Below, in pieces: positions 15,701 to 21,187 of a DNA stretch of 24,000 nucleotides. Within the stretch, counting starts at the first letter, position 1. Every line of letters begins with the position of its first letter. The stretch is from the NCBI GenBank assembly GCA_030605805.1, contig JAUWHQ010000049.1, positions 6,863 to 30,862 on the forward strand. Direction: 5' to 3'. A program made the position numbers and the translations under genes. Below the pieces are notes generated by a model, which had not been told where the DNA came from, made no database searches, and worked only from the letters and a program-made list of their open reading frames with translations. This DNA is from Methanosarcinales archaeon (GTDB taxonomy: Archaea; Halobacteriota; Methanosarcinia; Methanosarcinales; Methanogasteraceae).

Positions 15701-18700
15701 GATTGCGCCTTTTGAGAATTACTCTGCACAAACAGAGAATATGATGATAGTCGATGTCAATGCTCCGGAAATCATATACGGCAGATTCGATGCAACGATC
15801 GACGTCCACCATGCTATCAATCTCGATTCCGGGCAGTTCGATCTCTCATTCAATTCAAGCATCGTGAACGTGACCGGTGTCAATGCAGGAAACATAAACA
15901 GCACAACGGTACCAATCGCCCGCTGGTATTTCACGAATGCGGACACGGTCAAGGTGATCTTCAAACTGGATGGTGGGGGTGGGGTCAGCGGATCAGGATA
16001 TGTGGCAAGGATAGACTTTGCGACGGTAGGACCGCAGGGTTATTCATGCGTTCTGGATATATCAAACGGAAAGCTTGTTGATACGGGTGGAGTGGAGCTA
16101 TCAGCTGTCTGGTTTGATTGCGAGGTTGAGGCACCCATCGGAGTGCCGGTTATCGTTAACGCTCCTCCGGTTGTATCTGGTGCATTTGAGGTTATGATTG
16201 ATACCGAGAACGTGACTGATCTGGACGGCGGGCAGTTCGAGCTCTGGTTCGATTCGGATGTTGTGACTGTTGAAGATGTGGGGGTGGGAAGTATAGGCGA
16301 TACAGAGATACCAGTTATGTGGAGTTTTAGGAATGCAGATACTATTATGGTTGCCTTCAATCTTCCTGGTCTCCGTGGGGTCAGCGGGTCCGGATATGTG
16401 GCGAAGATAAGCTTCGCGATAAAGGGATCGCAGGGTGACATGAGCGCCCTTGATATATCCCATGGGCTGCTTGTTAACAACCGTGCGGATAAGATACCAG
16501 CGATCTGGATTGATGATGAGGTGACCATTGGAGAGCATATTCCAACGAATCGTGTCCATAACATCAACACCGGCGAAGATTTCTCATTCATCCAGGGTGC
16601 AATAGACGATCCTGATACATCGGACGGGCATATAATCGAGGTCGAGGATGGCGTTTATCGTGAGAATGTAAAGGTCACCAAATCCCTGACGATCCGGTCT
16701 CTAAATGGGTCTGCAGATTGTATTATTCAGGATGCGGGAAGTGACAATGTCGTTAAGATAACCGCGGATCATGTCAATATCAGTGGTTTTACGGCGATGA
16801 GACGATTAGTAGGAACCGCATTCTATAGCGCAGGAATCTACCTCGGTGCAAGTTACTGCAACGTTTCCAACAACACTTGCTCAAACAATGGTATCGGTAT
16901 CCGCCTCGATGGTTCGAGCAACAACCAGATATCAAGCAACGATTGCTCGAAGAACGAGCGGGCTGGCATCCGCCTCCATAGATCATGCAACAATAGCATA
17001 TCGAACAATAATTGCTCAAACAACAGCCGCAATGGCATCGACTTCTATTATTCGGGCAACAACCGGATATCAAACAACGATTGCTCAAACAATGAGCAGG
17101 CTGGCATCCGCCTCTATTATTCACGCAACAACAGATTAACAGGTAACGCCATGTTTGAGAATGGAATAGTCATCCGTGGTGATTCACCGGACGATTACAC
17201 GCATGAGATCGACGAAACGAACGTAGTGAACGGAAAACCGGTTTACTACTGGAAGGATATCGAATCCGGGAGAATTCCTGAAGGGGCGGGACAGGTAATA
17301 CTTGCGAATTGCATGGGCATACTGGTTGAGAACCAGGAATTAAATAATGCAAGCGTTGGTGTGGAAGTAGCTTTCTCTTCAAATGTCACTGTAAGAGACA
17401 ATACTTGCTCAAACAACCATGATGTGGGCATCCACTTCTTTTATTCAAGCAACAGCAGCATATCAAGCAACGATTGCCAGAATAACTGGAATGATGGAAT
17501 CTACTTCCATGGTTTGAGCAGAAGCAGCGTATCAAACAACACTTGCTCAAACAGCAACTCCACCGGTGTCCACTCTGGCATATACGGCTGGATGCTCCCG
17601 GACAGCGACTCGGATGGGATCCACCTCAATGATTCAAGCGACAACAGCATATCGGACAATAATTGCTCGAACAATGAAGGAACTGGCATCAACATCATTG
17701 ATTCAAGCAACAACAGCATATCAAACAACATCTGCTCAAACAACCATGGTGGCATCTGCCTCAGCGGATCAAACAACAACATATCGAACAATAGTTGCTC
17801 GAACAACCACGAGGGCATCTGCCTCGGTGATTCAGACAACAGCAGATTAACAGGCAACATCATGTCCGAGAACGGAATAGTCATCCGGAGCGGTTCACCG
17901 GGCGGTTACACGTATGAGATCGACGAAACGAACACGGTGAATGGAAAACCGGTTTATTACTGGAAGGATGTGAACGGGAAAAGCATTCCAGATGGTGCCG
18001 GGCAGGTGATACTTGTGAATTGCGAGGGTGTTCTGGTCGAGAATCAGGAATTGAATAATGCAAGCGTCGGCGTAGAAGTAGCTTTCTCTTCAAATGTCAC
18101 CGTAAGAGGGAATAATTGCTCAAACAACCATGATGTGGGCATCCACTTCTGGTGTTCAAACGACAACGCCATATCGGGCAATAATTGCTCAAACAACGGG
18201 CGTGATGGCATATTCCTCTATGATTCAAGCAACAACAGCATATCGGGCAATAACTGCTCAAACAACCAACGTGGCATCGACCTCGATGATTCAAGCAACA
18301 ACCGCATAGCAGGCAATAATTGCACGAACAATGAGTGGACTGGCATCCACCTTGGTGGTTCATATAACAACGTATCAGGCAATAATTGCTCGAATAATCA
18401 TGGTGATGGCATCGGTTTATCCGGATCAGGCAACAGCGTATCGAGCAATGATTGCTCGACGAACCATGACGATGGCATCCACCTCTATGGTTCGGACACC
18501 GCCTGCATATCTAACAACGATTGCTCGACGAACTGCCGGGCGGGTATCCGCCTCTATCGATCAAACGACAACAGCATATTAAGCAACACCTGCTCAAACA
18601 ACCGGGACGGCGTCCTCATCTTTTTCAATGACTCATACAGCAATGTTATATATCTAAATAATTTTATAAATAATTCTGATAACATTGCCACCCAGTCCTC

Positions 18701-19283
18701 CACGACCTCGAACATCTGGAGCTCTCCATCAAAGATAGAGTACGCCTACAGGGGCAAGAGCTTCACGAACTATTTAGGCAACTACTGGAGCGATTACGAT
18801 GGGAGCGATGCCGATTATGACGGGATCGGGGATGAACCGTACGACATCAACCCGGACTGCCCGGACCGGGACGATTATCCACTCATGGAAAGGTTTGAGA
18901 GTTACGTTGCTCCGGAATCGATTTACGTCTCTGACACTTACTCCACGATACAGCAGGCGGTTGATAACGCTACAAAAAGAGCTATCATTACTGACAGGGA
19001 TGGAACATACGTAGAGAACGTAGAAGTGAACAAACGCCTGACGATTCAATCGGAGAATGGCAGCGAAGAAACGATGGTAATCGCCGAGAATTTAAATGAG
19101 CATCTCTTCGAGGTGACTGCGGCTTATACAACCATCAACGAGTTCACGGTTGCTGTAAAGCACGTTTCAGGAAAGGAGGTTGCAACGTATTATGGAGATA
19201 TCAGAGACCCTGATCGTCATGTGGTCCGTGACATAAAGAAATGGAAGAAGGTTGTCCCTTCGAGTGATGCTGATGCCGTATAG
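12747..19283 (+). CDS. Giant cell-surface protein: canonical dockerin, three cohesin-like modules and two long NosD/PbH1 parallel beta-helix arrays. The frame is open from 12642, and the true N-terminus is probably 12512 via a 1-nt frameshift
   Basis: The ORF is 2178 aa. The dockerin GDVNNDGRITTADSLLAL...ADVNADGRVNSLDALMIL spans the annotated Met. There are three cohesin-like modules. About 35 rungs of 22 aa follow the pattern (S/G)NNCSNN...GI.L..SSNN.I. The NosD-type connector TNTVNGKPVYYWKD...IP.GAGQVILVNC..VLVENQELNN occurs six times, and the cap NIW.S......Y......NYLGNYW.DY.G.D twice. Confidence 0.85.
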   Translation: MAAGSVAPDMERADVNADGRVNSLDALMILMMAEKTQVCVNAPEVVSGTFEVTIDIHNVADLDSGQFDLSFDPGVVNVTAVYDGNIAGRQVPVESWKFMDAGTIRVLFNTIGICGVSGSGYVARIDFEVTGSHGDISVLDLSDVGLVDTGAGAIPAVRIDDEVTIGEHTPVNQVRNINTGEIFSSIKDAINDYDTSDGHTIEVGDGVYHENVKVTKSLTIRSLNGSADCIIQGARRREHVVTVTADCVNVSGFTVNGATSRKAGIYLNAGYCNVSTNNCSNNYIGIHLDGSNNNIISGNDCSNNGGEGIYLDGSSNNRVSSNNCSNNRGDGIYISGSSNNKLTGNIMFEGGIFIGGDSLSDYTHEIDETNTVNGKPVYYRKDIECGRIPDGAGQVILVNCRDVLVENQELNNGGVGVEAVFSSNITVRNNNCSNNRHDGIYFFHSSNSAILGNNCSNNRHDGIDLDGSSDNSISGNNCPNNQRGIDLDGSSDNSISSNNCSDNWVGIDLDGSSNNNISGNNCSNNQRGIYFSHSSNNAILGNNCSNNHGGGICLYCSSNNDISRNNCSDGGAGIRLWGSSNSKLTGNIMFKGGIVIEGGSLSDYAHEIDKSNIVNGKPVYYWKDVDGGRIPDGAGQVILVDCSNVLVEEQNLNDLDTGITVAFSSYLTLKNNNCSNNRGGIRLYESGNNRISGNNCSNNNQRGIDLDDSIDNSISGNNCSNNHWNGISLGGSSNNRISDNTCSNNWNGISLYGSSNNRISDNTCSNNEGDDVCLCSSSNSKLTGNIMFGTGIIISGRSLSCYMHEIDKTNTVNGKPVYYWNDIKSGRIPEGAGQVILVNCKDVLVEDQELNNVRVGIDVVFSSYIVIRNNDCSKNKHVGIRLYESCNNAVSSNNCSNSRNGIYLEESYSNAIFLNNFINNTDNTYFRSSTNIWNSTARINYTYKDMPFTNYLGNYWDDYEGSDLGGDGIGNSPHDICPDVDNFPLIAPFENYSAQTENMMIVDVNAPEIIYGRFDATIDVHHAINLDSGQFDLSFNSSIVNVTGVNAGNINSTTVPIARWYFTNADTVKVIFKLDGGGGVSGSGYVARIDFATVGPQGYSCVLDISNGKLVDTGGVELSAVWFDCEVEAPIGVPVIVNAPPVVSGAFEVMIDTENVTDLDGGQFELWFDSDVVTVEDVGVGSIGDTEIPVMWSFRNADTIMVAFNLPGLRGVSGSGYVAKISFAIKGSQGDMSALDISHGLLVNNRADKIPAIWIDDEVTIGEHIPTNRVHNINTGEDFSFIQGAIDDPDTSDGHIIEVEDGVYRENVKVTKSLTIRSLNGSADCIIQDAGSDNVVKITADHVNISGFTAMRRLVGTAFYSAGIYLGASYCNVSNNTCSNNGIGIRLDGSSNNQISSNDCSKNERAGIRLHRSCNNSISNNNCSNNSRNGIDFYYSGNNRISNNDCSNNEQAGIRLYYSRNNRLTGNAMFENGIVIRGDSPDDYTHEIDETNVVNGKPVYYWKDIESGRIPEGAGQVILANCMGILVENQELNNASVGVEVAFSSNVTVRDNTCSNNHDVGIHFFYSSNSSISSNDCQNNWNDGIYFHGLSRSSVSNNTCSNSNSTGVHSGIYGWMLPDSDSDGIHLNDSSDNSISDNNCSNNEGTGINIIDSSNNSISNNICSNNHGGICLSGSNNNISNNSCSNNHEGICLGDSDNSRLTGNIMSENGIVIRSGSPGGYTYEIDETNTVNGKPVYYWKDVNGKSIPDGAGQVILVNCEGVLVENQELNNASVGVEVAFSSNVTVRGNNCSNNHDVGIHFWCSNDNAISGNNCSNNGRDGIFLYDSSNNSISGNNCSNNQRGIDLDDSSNNRIAGNNCTNNEWTGIHLGGSYNNVSGNNCSNNHGDGIGLSGSGNSVSSNDCSTNHDDGIHLYGSDTACISNNDCSTNCRAGIRLYRSNDNSILSNTCSNNRDGVLIFFNDSYSNVIYLNNFINNSDNIATQSSTTSNIWSSPSKIEYAYRGKSFTNYLGNYWSDYDGSDADYDGIGDEPYDINPDCPDRDDYPLMERFESYVAPESIYVSDTYSTIQQAVDNATKRAIITDRDGTYVENVEVNKRLTIQSENGSEETMVIAENLNEHLFEVTAAYTTINEFTVAVKHVSGKEVATYYGDIRDPDRHVVRDIKKWKKVVPSSDADAV
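12858..13247 (+). other. Cohesin-like module 1 of the giant protein
   Basis: VCVNAPEVVSGTFEVTIDIHNVADLDSGQFDLSFDPGVVNVTAVYDGNIAGRQVPVESWKFMDAGTIRVLFNTIGICGVSGSGYVARIDFEVTGSHGDISVLDLS... Confidence 0.7.
13250..15720 (+). repeat. Beta-helix array 1: tandem 66-nt (22-aa) PbH1 coding repeats interrupted by three connector modules
   Basis: ggcaataattgctcgaacaac...ggcatc...ctc...tcaagcaacaac units repeat with 66-nt periodicity. I count about 17 Cys-bearing rungs. Confidence 0.8.
15750..16130 (+). other. Cohesin-like module 2 of the giant protein
   Basis: VDVNAPEIIYGRFDATIDVHHAINLDSGQFDLSFNSSIVNVTGVNAGNINSTTVPIARWYFTNADTVKVIFKLDGGGGVSGSGYVARIDFATVG... Confidence 0.7.
16143..16535 (+). other. Cohesin-like module 3 of the giant protein
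   Basis: VPVIVNAPPVVSGAFEVMIDTENVTDLDGGQFELWFDSDVVTVEDVGVGSIGDTEIPVMWSFRNADTIMVAFNLPGLRGVSGSGYVAKISFAIKG... Confidence 0.7.
16540..18900 (+). repeat. Beta-helix array 2, an internal duplicate of array 1
   Basis: The order matches 13250-15720: an entry segment (NINTGEDFSFIQGAIDD..DGHIIEVEDGVYRENVKVTKSLTIRSLNGSADCIIQ), about 18 Cys-bearing rungs, three connectors and a cap. Confidence 0.8.
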
Positions 19284-19902
19284 CGAAACCTATCAAGTAC
19301 TCATCAGCGCGACAGAACTATCGTTTGGTCTGCTCAGTAACACGGTACCGTTCATGGTGCTCGGTGTGGTCTTCGCCGAGTTCATCGTTGCTTTGAGGGT
19401 TGTGAACAAGATCGCATACATAGCGAGACCGATCTCAAACTTTGCCAACCTGAGAGATGAGTGTGGAGCCAGTTTTATGACCGCATTCATATCTCCGACA
19501 TCCGCCAATTCGATGCTTGCCTCTTTTTACAACGATAAACTGATCGAGAAGAAGGAGCTCTTCGTAGCGTCCATGATGACCTCCTTTCCAGCGATTGTGA
19601 TGCACTGGCGTGCACTGCTTCCAGTGCTTATACCTCTCATGGGTATGACCGGACTCATCCACTTCGGTATACTGATGCTCATCGGATTCATCAAGACGTT
19701 CTTCATCATGCTCGCGGGCAGGTTTCTTCTGGAGAAGAGGGATCATAAGCCTGTAGATCGCCCGACAGAGGGGCGTCCGGAGTTAAAAGAAGCTTTCAAG
19801 ATCAGTTTGCAAGCGTCTAAGGGTACCGTCAAGCGAATACTGTGCATGACCATCCCGATCTTCTTTGTTGTCTGTGTCCTGATAACACTTCGGAGCCTTT
19901 GA
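19252..19902 (+). CDS. N-terminal part of a nucleoside-recognition (Gate/FeoB-C-like) domain membrane protein, interrupted by a frameshift
   Basis: The product is polytopic and hydrophobic. ISPTSANSMLASFYNDKLIEKKELFVASMMTSFPAIV resembles the Gate-domain core. The frame stops at 19900-19902 while the +1 frame stays open from 19886. The start (19252, 19267 or 19273) overlaps the end of the giant gene. Confidence 0.5.
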   Translation: MSLRVMLMPYSETYQVLISATELSFGLLSNTVPFMVLGVVFAEFIVALRVVNKIAYIARPISNFANLRDECGASFMTAFISPTSANSMLASFYNDKLIEKKELFVASMMTSFPAIVMHWRALLPVLIPLMGMTGLIHFGILMLIGFIKTFFIMLAGRFLLEKRDHKPVDRPTEGRPELKEAFKISLQASKGTVKRILCMTIPIFFVVCVLITLRSL

Positions 19903-20023
19903 TCTGCTCGCATGCCACCTGGGTGGCATCTGTGAGTACTTTCCGATACCGGCTGCGGGCTTAAGCATCATCGCAGCACAGTTTGCAAACTTCATAGCAG
20001 CACATTCGACAGCCGGCACTCTC

Positions 20024-20236
20024 TTGTCAACCGGGGTGCTCACCAGCAAAGAAGTCATTCTGACACTGCTTGTTGGTGATGTTCTATCGAGTGTTATGAT
20101 GCTGATGAAATATATGATACCGTACTACATCGGGATATTCGGTCCGAGGATCGGGATGCAGATACTCGTGATAGCAACAGCGATAAGAACGGTGGTCATG
20201 TTTGCGGTGATCTTTGCGCTTGCATTGTTCTGGTGA
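20024..20236 (+). CDS. C-terminal part of the same Gate-domain membrane protein (frame open from 19886)
   Basis: From 19886 the frame reads HFGAFDLLACHLGGICEYFPIPAAGLSIIAAQFANFIAAHSTAGTLLSTGVLTSKEVILTLLVGDVLSS...FALALFW. This hydrophobic sequence continues directly from the upstream ORF and has no ATG start or SD of its own. Confidence 0.45.
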   Translation: MSTGVLTSKEVILTLLVGDVLSSVMMLMKYMIPYYIGIFGPRIGMQILVIATAIRTVVMFAVIFALALFW

Positions 20237-20270
20237 TGTATATCATCCGCACTCTTTGATGCTACTAACA

Positions 20271-20283
20271 GAAAAGTTTATGT
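20271..20283 (+). promoter_or_regulatory. BRE/TATA-like box upstream of the cohesin-anchor gene
   Basis: GAAAAGTTTATGT lies about 30-40 nt upstream of ATG 20314/20323, a spacing that suggests a short-leader or leaderless transcript. Confidence 0.35.
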
Positions 20284-20313
20284 CACAAAGATCGCAAGAG
20301 CATAGAAAATGAG

Positions 20314-21180
20314 ATGACGAGGATGAACCCTATCACAAAGAAGATATTATCAATCGCACTGCTTATGTTGCTCGTAATCGGTGCGGCAGCAGACGATGAG
20401 GTTGAGATCGACCCTGACGCAGATGTCAATGTCACTATCAACGCACCCGAATATGTGTCAGAAGATACGTTCGAGGTCACGATGGATGTTACGGAGGTTA
20501 CCGACTTTGATTCGGGGCAGTTTGATCTCATGTTTGATCCGGACGTCATAAATGTGGTGGATGTCACGGATGGAAACATAGAAGATATCAAAATATCGGT
20601 AGACATGTGGCGTCACATGGATGATGACCGGGTCAGGGTGATCTTCAATGCCGATGCAGGTGCTGAGGGGGTAAGCGGATACGGATATGTAGCTAAGATT
20701 GCATTTGAGGTTGTGGGGGATATCGGAGATACCAGTGCCATTGACATGTCTGATGAGTTTGAGAGGGGGCTCTACTATTTAGAGCCGAGAGAGGGTTACG
20801 ATACGGTAGGCCCAGCTGATCTCCCTGCAAACTGGTTCGGCACCACCGTAACCATCGGCACCGCACCAGCGGTGTCAGATGAGATCCCGACGCCCGCGCC
20901 CGCCGAGACACCAGCGGTCAATGCAACACCGGACTTGGAATCGACATCAGCACCGACGCCGACCGAAACGCCAATAGAGACATCGCTTGAGCTATCATCC
21001 AACCCACTCGGAATGACAGCGCGTGCGGAGAGCGCACCTGCCGCGGCAGTGCCGGGCGCATCATCAGAATCATCAGAAGACGGCGGATTGCCGGATATAC
21101 CAGCAGCGTGCGATCTCATCCCGATCTACTCGCTTGTCGGACTGCTCGCCTTAATTTATGCATTAACACAATTCAAATGA
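20314..21180 (+). CDS. Membrane-anchored cohesin protein: signal peptide, one cohesin-like module, Pro/Thr/Ser stalk and C-terminal hydrophobic anchor
   Basis: The N-terminal hydrophobic segment is KKILSIALLMLLVIGAAA. The cohesin lies at about 20425-20862 (VTINAPEYVSEDTFEVTMDVTEVTDFDSGQFDLMFDPDVINVVDV...GVSGYGYVAKIAFEVVGDIGDTSAIDMS). The stalk reads PTPAPAETPAVNATPDLESTSAPTPTETP, and the C-terminus is IPIYSLVGLLALIYALTQFK. Confidence 0.8.
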   Translation: MTRMNPITKKILSIALLMLLVIGAAADDEVEIDPDADVNVTINAPEYVSEDTFEVTMDVTEVTDFDSGQFDLMFDPDVINVVDVTDGNIEDIKISVDMWRHMDDDRVRVIFNADAGAEGVSGYGYVAKIAFEVVGDIGDTSAIDMSDEFERGLYYLEPREGYDTVGPADLPANWFGTTVTIGTAPAVSDEIPTPAPAETPAVNATPDLESTSAPTPTETPIETSLELSSNPLGMTARAESAPAAAVPGASSESSEDGGLPDIPAACDLIPIYSLVGLLALIYALTQFK

Positions 21181-21187
21181 GGATATT

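Noticed and set aside
13500-18600. Regular ~66-nt periodic repeats that could be mistaken for a CRISPR array or satellite
   Set aside because: The periodicity lies inside one long open reading frame and translates to 22-aa PbH1 beta-helix rungs. The repeats are imperfect, there are no unique spacers, and no cas genes are nearby.
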